From positions 116,934,001 through 116,998,000 of the forward strand of contig NC_086107.1 of NCBI RefSeq assembly GCF_963921235.1: 64,000 bases of DNA, given 5' to 3'. The notes under the pieces were generated by a model. That model was not told where the DNA came from, searched no databases, and saw only the letters and a list, made by a program, of their open reading frames with translations. The stretch's first letter is position 1. Each line of letters starts with the position of its first letter. Source of the DNA: Mobula hypostoma (taxonomy: Eukaryota). Below, piece after piece: positions 1 through 13,025 of the stretch. The position numbers were made by a program, and so were the translations under genes.

Positions 1-284
1 TTGATTGAACCATTCCAAACAGCTGCAGCAAACCTGTCCCTTCGGATTCAGGTGCAAACCATCCTTTTTGTATAGGTTACACCTGCTCCAGAAGAAATCC
101 CAGTTATCAAGAAACCTGCTACCTGCTCCAATTCTTCAGTCACATATTTATCCTAATTCTATTCCTGTCCCCACTGTCGTGCGGCACAGGCAGCATTTCT
201 GACATTACTACCTTTGAGGTCCTGCTTCTCAGCTTCAGCTTCCTTCCTAACTCCCTGTATTCTGTTTTCAGGACCTGTTCCCTT
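1..284 (-). mobile_element. CR1 LINE ORF1 (SGNH esterase) fragment, runs off the window start
   Basis: Minus translation EQVLKTEYRELGRKLKLRSRTSKVVMSEMLPVPHDS matches ORF1 of the CR1 copies at 23.6, 32.4 and 47.6 kb. Confidence 0.8.
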
Positions 285-1538
285 AATCTTGGCCTTTGTT
301 TCAGGCAACTCTTTGCAACAGAAAACGTTTTCTTGAATTTCACCATCATTTACAAATCTTACAAATGCAACAACATGACATTTATTGGTGAAGTCTGTTG
401 ACTCATCAACCTGGATAGAGAAACTGTTGTGTTTCAGTTTCTCAAAACCTCTTCAGCATCATACGACATGTCATCAATACGTCGACTTATCGTATTGCAT
501 GAAAGTGAAACCTTTTCAATTTCTCGTACTGCATCTTGTACTTGCATTTTATCCACTATACCTTTACATGCTGGCATTATTATGTTCTCACCAACTGTGT
601 GACTTTTCCTTTTCTAGGTAGTAATTTCTGCCACTAACTAACTTGCTTCTTGATTTTTTTTTACTGACTGTGACTATATTAACAAAAGCTTTGCTCTGTT
701 TTGAGATTTCAATCGCCGTTTAAAATAATCAGGACTTTTATCTATCGTATGGCTGTGATTTGTAGTTAAGTGTACTGTATTCACAATTTTGCTGGAGTCA
801 TTGCTGCATTTGTAAGTTTTTGTTTGCCACAGACCAGGCACAATGGAATAGGACAACTTGGCTAACCAGTCCATGTAAAACCCATCGATAAGTAGCTTGC
901 ATTGTAAAGACGGACATTTTGCGTCCGTTGTTGCACTAGTGCAGTGAAATGACTCAAAGGACTGTAATTCTTCGTTATTAAGGTTATCAGAATTGTCCGT
1001 AGCCCTAGGCCCAGAATCCCCCTCTTCCATCTCACACTTCCTCTTCAAAAATCGCCACATTAGACCGTCCTGAGAATGAAAATTTCCCTCCAATTTTCTA
1101 CTGCTCCGATAGTTTGTTCGCTTCTATAAATCATTCGGCGGCGTGTGAGGGGAAGTTGGGGAAGGTAATTCTGGAAGGAGAGGCTTGCGTCACAGCTCTA
1201 GTTGGACGAGTCCATTTAATGTTCGGAAAACGCACTTCACACTTTCTGTCAGCCTGCCGTCCTCCTCTCCGTGTAATACAGCGTTCACCAATTATCAGCT
1301 TACCGTCCTCCCCACCGTGCAATACAACTCTCACGAATTATCAACGGCCTTACCCTATCTCTAGTTAAAAACTGGGAATGGACACAACCACGGTCTTACA
1401 CTGTCTTACTTTGCATTGCCATACCGGGCTGAGAGACTAACGACATTGCTAACGGGGCTGCTCGGTCACTACCCTCCACTGCGAGTGCTAGCGTCGCGTG
1501 TCCCTAGGGTTCCGAGGAACCCCGATTGAGAAACTCTG
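285..1538 (-). mobile_element. hAT (Buster/Charlie-like) DNA transposon, 5' part with degenerate transposase
   Basis: Minus strand begins with TIR-like CAGAGTTTCTCAAT at 1538. Frameshifted peptides HLTTNHSH..DKSPDYFKR, KSHTVGENIIMPACK and QVDESTDFTNKCHVVAFVRFVNDGEIQEN are Buster/ZBED5-type motifs. Confidence 0.75.
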
Positions 1539-2119
1539 CACTCCTAAATCAAAGGCTGTGGGTTGTGACTCCAACCATTGTTCCGCCTATTTTGTTTTAC
1601 ATCTGCGTGAATCACGCATTGCTCCGTGCAGGAAATTTTTATTCCGATCGAAAACTGCGCGGCACTTTAAATGTTTATTTTTTAATACGTATAATACGAA
1701 AAGTTGGAATGAAAATCGAAAAATCAACATACTTTTAATCTATTTATTAATTGAAGTGTATAATTAAGCAACAAAGAAAATTATTCACATTTCGTAAACT
1801 TTTTCTGGCTGCATTGAATTCCAGTCGCGCGACAACAAAGGGAACGTGCGTGGGAGCATTTCAGTTATTGCTGCGGCTTAAACAGAGCAGTAACTCCAGC
1901 CAAAAGCGGGAGCACCCTTGCTCTATTTATAGACTTAAAAACTGTTTTCCTAGTCCTTTACCTATGACATCATGTGACCTTTCGGCCTAGTCACTATATA
2001 GGAAAAAAGATAGAGAAAATGTATTGCAGTAAAACAGGAAAGTTGATTAACATGGATGGACGACCTTTAACTCAAGCTGTCTTCCTTTGGAAACTCACAG
2101 AGGGTCGGGGCCGCATTCA

Positions 2120-2530
2120 CATGTGCTATCACGAGAGGCCTGATAAACTTGGGTTGCTGTCTCTGGGGCGCCAGAGGCCGATAAAGCTTTATAAGATTAT
2201 GAGAGGCATAGATAGAGAGGACAGAGAGTATCCGTTTCACAGGGCTGAAATATCCAGAGGGCATGTATTGAAGGCGAGAGGGTAAGTTCAAAGGGTGGGG
2301 GATGAAAGGAGTAAGTTTTTTACTCTGAGTGTGGTGGATGCCTGGAATGCCATATCTGGTAAGGTGATAAAAGCAAATACATTATAGGCTTTTAAGAGAT
2401 GGAGAGATATGGAAATTGCTTAGGTAAGAGGGATTACTGTTTGGGTGTTTTTGATTTGCCTTTGAGCTGGTACGGCACAACGTTGTAGGCCAAATGGCAT
2501 TTCCTGTGTTTCTTGTGTTCTATGTTCTAT
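2120..2530 (+). mobile_element. CR1 LINE 3' fragment
   Basis: Degenerate ORF2 C-terminus (KLGLLSL..LYKIMRGIDR) and TTCTATGTTCTAT tail; absent from the paralogous unit 2 and 3 sites. Confidence 0.8.
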
Positions 2531-3011
2531 ATACTAATTTCAGGAGCGGTTTCTGCAATGCTGGAGGAACTTTAGCGGTCTGACGGTGACAGCAACGGCC
2601 AGGCTCAGTGCGACCTGTGATGAGAGGGTGTAGTTCACTTGTTCATTGCCAGAACCTGCTCTGAACCTGTGAGAAAGATCGTCCAGATGAATCAATTTCA
2701 GTGATAACCTACCTGATTATAACACTAGGCATCAGGACACCTTTTGTTAAATGAAGCAAAACAGCACCACACCACGACGTTCACTTCATCACACATTCGT
2801 TGTCCAGGGTGCCAAATTTAACTAACCCATCCGTTTTCACCTGCCCGTTTTTTTTCTCTATCTGTCTTTTTTTTATGGAAAGAAACGCGTAATTCTAAAT
2901 GATTCAAGATGAAATGCAAAATATTGTTTCCTACAATTCCACAGCTGGAATATACCCTGTACACTTCATTGACTCCAGTAGTGAAATTGACTGGAGCACT
3001 TCCTTGTCGTT

Positions 3012-3094
3012 GTCAGGATGGCCGAGCGGTCCAAGGCGCTGCGTTCAGGTCGCAGTCTCCACTGGAGGCGTGGGTTCGAATCCCACTCCTGACA
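3012..3094 (+). tRNA. trnL-CAG: tRNA-Leu(CAG)
   Basis: 83 nt GTCAGGATGGCCGAGCGG...TTCAGGT...GGTTCGAATCCCACTCCTGACA; intact stems, long variable arm, A/B boxes; TTTTT at 3103-3107. Confidence 0.97.
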
Positions 3095-3102
3095 GTTCGG
3101 TA

Positions 3103-3107
3103 TTTTT
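3103..3107 (+). terminator. Pol III terminator (T-run) of tRNA-Leu copy 1
   Basis: TTTTT beginning 9 nt after the tRNA 3' end. Confidence 0.7.
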
Positions 3108-3969
3108 AAAATCATGATGTCCTCTTTCATAAATTCCCTGTTTTGCTTCGCTGCATTTTTGCATGTGACACTAAACCACTTTGTCATTTCACTGATCACG
3201 TGCCGTCCATTATATTCGTCCTATTATCCTTCACGATCTTTTGCCGGACTCTGTCGACGGCCTACAAATCCTAGTTCAACATTCCACCACTCTTCGTCTT
3301 GTTTCCATCCCATGCTTTCCCCCACATATATAAAGAAACAATCAGGACGACGTTGAATTCTTTGGCAGCTTGGGGTGGGGTGGGGGAGGGATGTAGGAGG
3401 AGTTGGCAAATTGACAGTTGGGAACTCTGAATATTTCTGAGAGTTACGATGTAGTGAACTCAGAAAAAAAATCCGACAGTGAAGGAGTAAAATATTTAGA
3501 AGGTTACGTGATGGAAAGTTTGCCGGTTTAGCGAAAGGACAATGAGCGGAATGTGAGACCGAAATGAACTAATTGGTCTCAGTATTCATTCATTCTGTCT
3601 GCCAATTATTAACTGTTGTTGATCCAATGAATGATTAGTCACACTCTGAAAATTATTCCAATCATCCACCCCTCACCTCGCTAGCCTCCCATTCCGAGAA
3701 TTGCAAAGATTCATCATGAAGAAAATTTTGGATACCTCAGTTCCAAATGACCGAAACTATACTTAAGAGTTGTGCCCTCTTGTTAGAAACTTATCGATAC
3801 GTAATACCATCTACCTTCCGTTATTTTTCTCTTTGATTGAATAAGTTCGCGCTATTCGTGTACACCAAGAGGTACATTTAGCAACGAAATTGACAATGGA
3901 CTTCTAACAATTAAATTTGCCTGCTTAATTGTGCAATAGTAATGTTTGATTATAACATGTGCGGTTGTG

Positions 3970-4058
3970 TTCTCGTTGGCCTTGTGGTATGATTCACGCG
4001 TCTGGTGCTCATGTGTATGGCGCAGGAAAGGTATCAGATTGAAATTCCGGCAAGTCCC
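3970..4058 (+). pseudogene. Highly degenerate tRNA-Pro-like pseudogene with extra sequence in the anticodon loop
   Basis: CTCGTTGGCCTTGTGGTATGATTCACGC resembles the tRNA-Pro 5' half (GGCTCGTTGGTCTAGGGGTATGATTCTCGC); paralogous to 14109-14201. Confidence 0.55.
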
Positions 4059-4284
4059 CAAGCGAGATGTTTTAGAACACGGAGGCAAAATTTACAAATC
4101 GGCCTGTTTCCACTCAGGTGTTCCGTGCAAAATCTTCGCAGAAACAGAAAAATGTTCATCTGTTTCGGCAGCGTCAAGGTGAGAACGTTCGCCCCACTTT
4201 TATAATGTCCGCAGCTCCATTCTAGGCCCAAAATAATTTTAACTATCGCTCAGGCGTTTCCCTGCCGGTCACAGTCAGTTTGAT

Positions 4285-5543
4285 CGTAAATACAAAATAC
4301 CCTGCAGATGCTGGAGTCAAAGCAACACTCACAACGCGCTGGAGGAACTCAGCAGGTTGGGCAGCATCCGTGGAAACGATGAGTCGACGTTTCGGGCCGG
4401 AATCCTTCGACAGGACTGAAGAGGGAAGGGGCAGAGACCACATAAAGAAGGTGGGGGGAGGGTGGGAAGGAGAAGATTGGTAGGTTCCAGGTGAAAAACC
4501 AGTAAAGGGAAAGATAAAGGGGTGGGGGAGGGGAAGCAGGGAGGTGCTAGGCAGGAAAGTGAAGAAGGAATAGGGGAAAACACAATGGGTAGTAGAAGGA
4601 GGCGGAACCATGAGGGAGGTGATAGGCAGCTGGGGGAGGGGGCAGAGTGACATAGGGATAAAAGAAGGGAGGGGGAGAGAATTACCAGAAGTTGGAGAAT
4701 TCTATGTTCATATCAAGGGGCTGGAAACTATCCAGACGGTATATGAGGTGTTGCTCCTCCAACCTGAGTTTAGCCTCATTATGGTAGTAGAGGAGGCCAT
4801 GTATGGACATAACTGAATGGGAATGGGAAGCAGAGTTGAAGTGGGTGGCTACTGGGAGATCCTGTCTGTTGTGGCGGACGGAGCGGAGGTGCTCGACCAA
4901 GCGGTCCCCCAATCTGCGTCGGGTTTCACCGATGTAGAGGAGGCCGCACCAGGAGCACGGGATGCAATAGATGACCCCAATAGAGTCACAAGTGAAGTGT
5001 TGCCTCACCTGGAAGGACTGTTTAGGGCCCTGCATTGTGGCAAGAGAGGAGGTGTAGGGACAGATGTAGCACTTACGCTTACAGCGATAAGTGCCGGGTG
5101 GGAGATCCGTGGGGAGGGACGTGTGGATCACGGAGTCGCGGTGGGACCGATCCCTGCGGAAAGCGGAGAGGGGTGGAGAGGGAAAGATGTGCTTAGTGAT
5201 GGGGTCCTGTTGAAGGTGGCCGAATGTTGCGGAGGATAATGTGCTGGATCCGGAGGCTGGTGGGGTGGTAGGTGAGGACAAGGGGATCTCTGTCCCTGTT
5301 ATGGTGGCGGGAGGATGGGGTGAGGGCCGAAGTGCGGGAAATGGAGGGATGCAGGTGAGGGCATCATTGATGACGGCAGAAGGGAAACCAGGATCCTTAA
5401 GGAAAGAGGACATTTGAGATGTCCTGGAACGGAAAACCTCAGCCTGGGAGCAGATGCGGCGGAGACGGAGGAACTGGGAATAGGGAATGGCGACCCTTTC
5501 CACGGATGCTGCCCGACCTGCTGAGTTCCTCCAGCGTGTTGTG
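4285..5543 (-). mobile_element. Penelope-like element (GIY-YIG), 5'-truncated, with inverted terminal segment
   Basis: ORF 4682-5647(-) contains GVIYCIPC..CGLLYIGETRRRLGDRLVEH; 14-bp TSD ACAGTCAGTTTGAT at 4271-4284 and 5544-5557; ~5497-5543 is an inverted copy of ~4330-4376. Confidence 0.9.
4381..4418 (-). ncRNA. Minimal type I hammerhead ribozyme, core mutated
   Basis: Minus strand CAGTC-CTGTCGA-AGGATTCCGGCCC-GAAACGTC-GACTC; the core reads CUGUCGA instead of CUGAnGA. Confidence 0.6.
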
Positions 5544-7407
5544 ACAGTCAGTTTGATGACAGCTGCCTGACAATTTGACTGTAAATAAACAAAGAATAGA
5601 TTTGACTTTGAAAACACACAATTAAACACATTCCGATTGGTGAACAAACAGTGGATAGAATTTCAGCAGCGAGAACTTGGGGAAAAAAAAACACCCGTCA
5701 TGTTTTCACTCTGTATGAATCTATCGCAGTATCTCCTTCCAACTCTTGAACTATTCATCTCCCTCCACGTAATTTTTTCCCCCGTCAGATTTTAGGTTGA
5801 CGTCATTGTTGCTCATTTCTTTCTGTTTGTGTATCTCATTCTTTTTTTCAGATAGAAACACCTGCCTTTTGGTCTGTCACGCAGTCAAATCAATGCTCAG
5901 GGCTACGCATGGATGTTAGACCGTGAGTTGCATTTCAAATCCCTCGATTCTCCCGGCATTAGGATCTGGGGAAATGTTGCAGTGGCCTCAGTCTTTCATT
6001 TTTGCAGGGAACGTGTTTTTTTTTGTGGTTCGTCGTTTCAGCAGTCAGTCTTGTTTGCCGCAGCGCACAACCATCTGTCATTTCACGCTGCCGATTGGGA
6101 TGATTAGATCTGTTGCCGCGGTCTAGGGGAAGCTGCAGACGGTACCAATTGAAGATTAAACGCTGAGCACGCAATAGGTCACTGGTCAGACACATCGTGG
6201 ATTCCCTCATTTCTTAAAATCAAGTGCCTGAATGGGACACAAACAAAATTTATTCAATTAATGCAGTTGTTGTAACTTCCTTACCAAGAGACTTCATAGT
6301 GTGGAATATTCCATCATGGAAATTAGTTTTTAGTCCTAATTCGGCAAAGTAGTTTAGCGTACCTGCCTGAGCGGGTCTTGCTAGCCTCTGTCCCTCTTAA
6401 CCAATGCCATCCGTGCAATTCATTCAAAGACTAATTTCCTAACCTATTAACAAGCAAAAAAATGTAAAATGTCGAGTTTCATGATTGAATGAAACATCGT
6501 GGCATTGTCAAATAAATTGTCCAGTATATCTTTAATAAAGACCGAATTCCTTGTTGTTTATTAAGATATTTAACATACACACCCTGAGGCATGCTCGTAT
6601 CCACGTTATCCTGGGATAACATCATACAGTGACATTATATACGCACGTTTTTCTCCGCAGCACTGGCCATCCATTGTTCTGAGTAATAATTTTTCCACTT
6701 CCTGAAAACTGCGCGGCACTTGATTATTTTAATATACATTATATCAGAAACATAGAAACCATAGAAACATAGGAACATAGAAAATCTACAGCACATTACA
6801 GGCCCTTCGGCCCACGCTGTTGTGCCGACCATGTAACCCACTCTAGAAGCTGCTTAGAATCTCCCTACCGCATGACCCTCTATTTTTCTTAGCTCCATGT
6901 ACCAATCTAAGAATCTCTTAAAAGACCCTATTGTATCCGCCTGTATCACTGTCGCTGACAGAGCATTCCACGCACCTATCACTCCCTGTGTGAAAAACTT
7001 ACATCTGACATCCCCCTTGTGTCTACTTCCAGCCGCCTTAAAACTATGCCCCCCTCCTGTTAGCCATCTCAGTCCTGAGAAAAAGCCTCTAGCTATTCAC
7101 ACGATCAATGCCTCTCATAATCTTATATATCTCTATCAGGTCACCTCGCATCCTCCATCGCTCCAAGGAGAAAAGGCCACGTTCAATCAACCTGTTCTTC
7201 TAAGGCATTCCCTCCAATCTGAGCAACATCCTTGTAAATCTCCTCTGCACTCTCCCTATAGTATCCACGTCCTTCCTGTAGTGAAGTGACCAGAACTGAA
7301 CACAACACTCCAAGTGGGATCTAACTAAGGTTTTATATAGCTGCAACATTACTTCACGGCTCTTGAACTCAATCCTACAGTTGATGAAGGCCATCACATC
7401 ATACGCC

Positions 7408-7679
7408 TGTGGCGACCCACTTTCTGGCACACACGAACCGGCTCACGAAGCAGCGCGCGCAGGCAGCGGGCCGGCCCCAAAAAGGGTGCCGGGCCGTCTT
7501 CACCAGCAGCGGGAAAATCCTGCGCGCAGAAAGGGTCTGCGAATATGCATTCCCCACGGCAGTTCCGCCCCAGGGAGTCTTTAAAGCAGGCCGCGAAGTT
7601 TGAATAAATCTCTTTATCGCAACTCCAACTCACCGACTCCCTGTGGTTATTCTAGCGCTGTGTGTAGCACACCGCTACA
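7408..7679 (+). mobile_element. Solo LTR (Gypsy-type), 272 bp
   Basis: TGTGGCG...CGCTACA termini, internal AATAAA, 4-bp TSD CGCC at 7404-7407 and 7680-7683. Confidence 0.8.
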
Positions 7680-7688
7680 CGCCTTCTT

Positions 7689-8065
7689 TTTTTAGTAATT
7701 TATTTTTTATTAAAGTTCATCACCAAACAAACATTTCCATAAGATGTATTTCAGATATTGTACATATATACTAGCATAAATCTCCACAATATTTATCTGA
7801 GGTATACACCCATAGAAAGAAAGAACAAGCAATAAAAGAAAACTATGTACAAGTAGGGAGTGATTTTTTTACAACATATTCATTGATTTGTGAGAATAAA
7901 ATCAGGCCTATGAGGTGTTATGTAGTTGAACCATTTTCCCCCAGTATGAATCAAATTGTTCCAACTTATGATTAACAGATGCTGTTATCGTCTCCGTTTT
8001 GTAAATGTCCATTGTAATTTCCACCCTTGCGTTTAAAGTTGGGCTCTCCTGTGATAACCATTTAC
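7689..8065 (-). mobile_element. L1-clade LINE 3' end
   Basis: Poly(T) on plus strand; minus peptide MDIYKTETITASVNHKLEQFDSYW resembles an L1 ORF2 C-terminus; TSD CATACGC(C/T)TTCTT. Confidence 0.6.
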
Positions 8066-8895
8066 CATACGCTTTCTTAACAACACTGTCAACCTGTGTA
8101 GCAGCTTTGAGTGTCCTATCGACAATCCAAGATCTCGCTGATCCTCCACACTGTCAAGTATTGCCGTTAATATTATATTCTGTCTTTAAATTTGACCTAC
8201 TGAAATGAACCACTTCACACTTATCTGAGTTGAACTCCATCTGCCACTTCTTAGCCCAATTCTGCATCCCATCGGTGTACTACTGTAACCTCCGACAACC
8301 TATCCACAACACCCTTAACTTTTGTGTCATCAACAAACTTACTAAGCCACCCTTTTAGTTCCTCATCCAGGTCATTTATAAAAATCACAAAGGGGAGGCG
8401 TCCCAGAACAGATCCCTGCAGACCATCACTAGTCACCAAACTCCATGCAGAATACGAACCATCTACAGTATACGAACCTTTGCCTTCTGTGGTCAAGCCA
8501 ATTCTGGATCCACAAAACAAGGTCTCCTTGGATCCCATTGCCTCATTACTTTCTGAATCAGCTTCACATGGGGAGTCTTATCAAATGCCTTACTGAAATC
8601 CATCATCCACTGCTCTATCTTTATTAATGTGTTCTGTAACATCCTCAAAGAATTCAATCAGATTCGTAAGGCATGACCTGCCCTTGACAAAGCCATGCTG
8701 ACTATCCCTAATCAAATTATGTCTCTCCAAATTCTCATAAACCCTACCTCACAGGATATTCTCTAACAATTTGTCCACCACTGAAGTAAGATTTACTGGT
8801 CTATAATTTCCTGAGTTATCTCTACTCCCTTTCTTGAACAAGAGAATAACGTTCGCAACCTTTCAATCCTCTGGTACTTTCCCCGTCCCTATTGA

Positions 8896-9571
8896 TTATT
8901 AGATTATTAGATTATGAGGACACTCAGTCCTCGTTTATTGTCATTTAGAAATGCATGCATTAAGAAATGATACAATGTTCCTCCAGTATGATACCACAGA
9001 AACACAGGACAGACCAAGACTAAAACTGACAAAAACCACATAATTATAACATATAGTTACAACAGTGCAAAGCAATACCGTAATTTGATAAAGAGCAGAA
9101 CATGGGCACGGTAAAAAAAGTCTCAAAGTCCCAATAGCCCCATCATCTCACGCAGACGGTAGAAGGGAGAAACTCTCCCTGCCATGAACCTCCAGCGACG
9201 CAAACTTGCCGATGCAGCACCCTGGAAGCACCCGACCACAGCTGACTCTTAGTCCGCCCGAAAACTTCGAGCCTCCGACCAGCCCTCCGATACCGAGCAC
9301 CGACGCACCATCTCTGCCGAGCGCTTGGATCCCGCCCCGGCCTCCGAGCAACAAGCAAAGCCGAAGACTCGGGGCCTTTCCCTCCGGAGATTCTGGATCA
9401 CACGCGGCAGCAAAACAGGCATTTCAGAAGTTTCACCAGACGTTCCTCCGTGCGCTCACGTCTGCCTCCATCAAATCAGGATTGTGCACGGCACCCTACT
9501 TGACAGATAACAGATATTCATCACCAGAGTGGCCGCTGCGCGCTGCGTCGCGCCGCTATCTTCTCCTCTCC
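8896..9571 (-). mobile_element. Non-coding non-autonomous retroposon, apparently full length
   Basis: Minus strand 3' end has AATAAA, hairpin GAGGAC-TGAGT-GTCCTC and a (TAATC)n tail; 5' end AAGATAGCGGCG; second copy at ~21285-21832. Confidence 0.65.
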
Positions 9572-9806
9572 TTGATGCAGAGGTCATCGCCGGAGGCTCA
9601 GCAATCTCCCTCCTCGCTGGGGTATATCTCGTCCGGTCCGGTGACTTATCTAACTTAATACCTTCCAAAAGCTCCAACACATCTCCTTTCTTACTCCTCC
9701 GCTTCTATACACGTTTCCACACTCATTCCTGATTGGTCCTAGATAATAGTTAATAGAACGAAAGTTCAAAGATCACGTAGTTTTGATCTTATGTATTAAT
9801 TGGAGG

Positions 9807-10652
9807 TGTTACGTACCCCGTAACTGGGTTGCCAAACCAGCAGAAATGGATCACTCAGTTGGAGTCTGGATAACTAGAACTAAGAAAGTTTTATTAAAGA
9901 AACAAGCAACACAGTACTCTAATCAAAAGGATAATGAATGCAACAGTTCAGCAATGATAAACATACATGTACACAGAATTCAGATAACAGGATCAATCAA
10001 GCTCTATCGTTGTCTAGGGGCAATGACCAGTTTCAAAGTGACGCAAAGTTCAGTTCAATTTAGTTCAGTTCAGTTCGCAGTAATCGCTTCCGTGGCGATG
10101 GACAGTGGGGGGGAAGGAGAGAGAGAGCAAAACGAATGAATATTCAAGGCTTCCACACAGACCTTCGCAGTCAGCTTTCGGACGAGTCCTTTGTAATGTC
10201 ATCTGGGGTCACCGACCGTGACCCCTCCGTTTCCAGATACGATCGTTTCCCTGCGCTGAACCTGGCACCCAGGCAAGGGTGGATACACACCAGGTTCCCC
10301 TCGATCGTGCCTTTCCACCCTGTGCGTTTATGGCCCGGTACTTTCCACCGACTTGTGAGAGGCGCACCGCTTCCAGGGTCTCGTTACCTCGGGTGTCGTG
10401 TGTGTCCTGCCTTAGCGAACCTGTCCCTTTTTATCCCCCTGCTGGGGTATCGCCCGTCCATCACTTCAAACAGTTCAGGGTTCAAAGGGGGGGCCGCTCT
10501 AGACAGCTCTCTCTCCCCCGTCCCTTCATTACACATCTCCAAATGCTGCTCCATTGTTTCCCTGATCTCTCTCTCTCCTGAAGACAGGTGGCAGACCAAC
10601 TGCTGATCACACAGGACAGCTAACATCTTAATCTATGTGTATTCTTGTCACA
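9807..10652. mobile_element. Solo LTR, 846 bp
   Basis: TGTTACG...GTCACA termini, TSD GAGG at 9803-9806 and 10653-10656; same family as 27136-27999. Confidence 0.88.
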
Positions 10653-11535
10653 GAGGATATAATGAAATACCGTACAACAAAGAAAATCATTCACGTTACG
10701 TAAACTTTTTTCTCTGGGCGTTGAATGCCAGCCGCGCGGTAATGTGCGCAGGCGCCTTTTAGTTATTGAGCGGCAGTGCAGTCGCGCAGCCGCGCGGCTC
10801 AGACGGAACAACCTTGCCCCATTTATGGACATCAAAGCTCTTGACCTATATCCATGATATCAGGTGGTAGCTTGTTATATCTTGTGACTTTTCGGCCTTG
10901 GCACGACACAGGTAAGATAATGGATAACATGTATTGCAGTAAATCAGGAGACTCAACAGTGGAAATTAATAAACATTGGGAGAGGACCTTTAGCTCAAGT
11001 TCTCCTTCCTCCAGAAACTTAAAGGTAATCTGTGCGTGATTCATATTTTCTGTAATTTCTGGTCCCATTACTCCGATTCTGGAGGTAATTTTGCACTCTG
11101 ACGATGACGACAACAGCCGGACTCAGTTCGATCTGTGAGGACGATGTTTTGTTGACTTGTTGATTGCCGGCATCCGCTCCGAACCTGTGAGCAATATGAT
11201 CGGCGTGAGCTAATTGAAATTGTGATAACGTATCTGTTTATAAAACTAGGTTTCGGGACATCTTTTGTTAAGTGCAGCAGCACAGTACAGCACCATGAAT
11301 AGGACATTTACCCGGTTACGCAATCGGGATATTAAATTAAAGTAATCCAATCTGCTCTCAGCTGGCCCGTTCTATTCTCTACTTGTCGGTCTTTCATTGA
11401 ATTAAACGCGTAATTCTAAATTATATCAGCAAGATGAAATGGAAAATTCTGTTTTCTCTGATCCCAGTGACAGAGTGTACCTTGTTACCTGCATTGGGTC
11501 TGGTAGTGAAATTTACCGGGACTTCCCATGTGGTT

Positions 11536-11618
11536 GTCAGGATGGCCGAGCGGTCCAAGGCGCTGCGTTCAGGTCGCAGTCTCTAATGGAGGCGTGGGTT
11601 CGAATCCCACTCCTGACA
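11536..11618 (+). tRNA. trnL-CAG: tRNA-Leu(CAG), second copy
   Basis: Identical to 3012-3094 except two variable-arm positions (CTCTAATGGAG vs CTCCACTGGAG); TTTT at 11627-11630. Confidence 0.95.
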
Positions 11619-11727
11619 ATTCAGTGTTTTAAATTACTATGTCCATTTTCCTATGTTTCTTTGATTTCCTCGATTGACCGTCAGTTTTGCTTCGTTGTAT
11701 TTTTGCATCTGAAATTGAACAACCCTG

Positions 11728-13025
11728 TTAGGAAGAGTCAACATGGCTTTGTGCGTGGCAGGTCATGTTTGACCAATCTATTGGAGTTTTTCGAGGACGT
11801 TACCAGGAAAGTGGAGGAAGGGAAGGCAGTGGATATTGTCTACATGGACTTCAGTAAGGCCTTTGACAAGATCCCGCATGGGAGGTTAGTTAGGAAAATT
11901 CAGTCGCTAGGTATACATGGAGAGGTGGTAAATTGGATCAGACATTGGCTCAATGGAAGAAGCCAAAGAGTGGTAGTAGAGAATTGCTTCTCTGAGTGGA
12001 GGCCTGTGACTAGTGGTGTGCCACAGGGATCAGTGCTGGGTCTATTGTTATTTGTCATCTATATCAATGATCTGGATGATAATGTGGTAAATTGGATCAG
12101 CAAATTTGCTGATGATACAAAGATTGGAGGTGTAGTAGACATTGAGGAAGGTTTTCAGAGCCTGCAGAGGGACTTGGACCAGCTGGAAAAATGGACTGAA
12201 AAATGGCAGATGGAGTTTAATGCAGACAAGTGTGAGGTATTGCACGTTGGAAGGACAAACCAAGGTAGAACATACAGGGTAAATGGTAAGGCACTGAGGA
12301 GTGCAGTAGAACAGAGGGATCTAGGAATACAGATACAAAATTCCCTATAAGTGGCGTCACAGGTAGATAGGGTCGTAAAGAGAGCTTTTGGTACATTGGC
12401 CTTTATTAATTGACGTATCGAGTATAAGAGCTGGAATGTTATGATGAGGTTGTATAAGGCATTGGTGAGGCTGAATCTGGAGTATTGTGTTCAGTTTTGG
12501 TCACCAAATTACAGGAAGGATATAAATAAGGTTGAAAGAGTGCAGAGAAGATTTACAAGGATGTTGCCAGGACTTGAGAAACTCAGTTACAGAGAAAGGT
12601 TGAATAGGTTAGGACTTTATTCCCTGGAGCATAGAAGAATGAGGGGAGATTTGATAGAGGTATATAAAATTATGATGGGTATAGATAGAGTGAATGCCAG
12701 CAGCTTTTTTCCACTGAGGCAAGGGGAGAAAAAAACCAGAGGACATGGGTTAAGGGTGAGGGGGGAAAAGTTTAAAGGGAACATTAGGGAGGGCTTCTTC
12801 ACACAGAGAGTGGTGGGAGTATGGAATGAGCTGCCAGACGAGGTGGTAAATGCGGGTTCCTTTTTAACATTTAAGAATAAATTGGACAGATACATGGATG
12901 GGAGGTGTATGGAGGGATATGGTCCGTGTGCAGGTCAGTGGGACTAGGCAGAAAATGGTTTGGCACAGCCAAGCAAGGCCAAAAGGCCTGTTTCTGTGCT
13001 GTAGTTTCTATGGTTCTATGGTTCT
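11728..13025 (+). mobile_element. CR1 LINE, 5'-truncated (young subfamily A)
   Basis: RT motifs QGSVLG and SKFADDTK; TTCTATGG tail; near-identical to ~25620-26768 and 29856-31118. Confidence 0.92.

Larger units (their letters stand above)
6746..9700 (-). mobile_element. CR1 LINE (RT region to 3' tail) interrupted by three nested insertions
   Basis: (ATAGAAAC)n tail at ~6746-6785; minus peptides LYKTLVRSHLECCVQFWS and QGSVLG..FINDLD..SKFVDDTK. Confidence 0.85.

Noticed and set aside
5870..5950. Possible third decayed tRNA in the repeat unit (also ~15678-15750)
   Set aside because: Only faint similarity to a tRNA 5' half; no convincing B box or stems
11439..12350. 303-aa ORF that looks like a novel N-terminus fused to RT
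   Set aside because: The N-terminal part is a chance read-through of the tRNA-Leu gene and spacer into a truncated CR1
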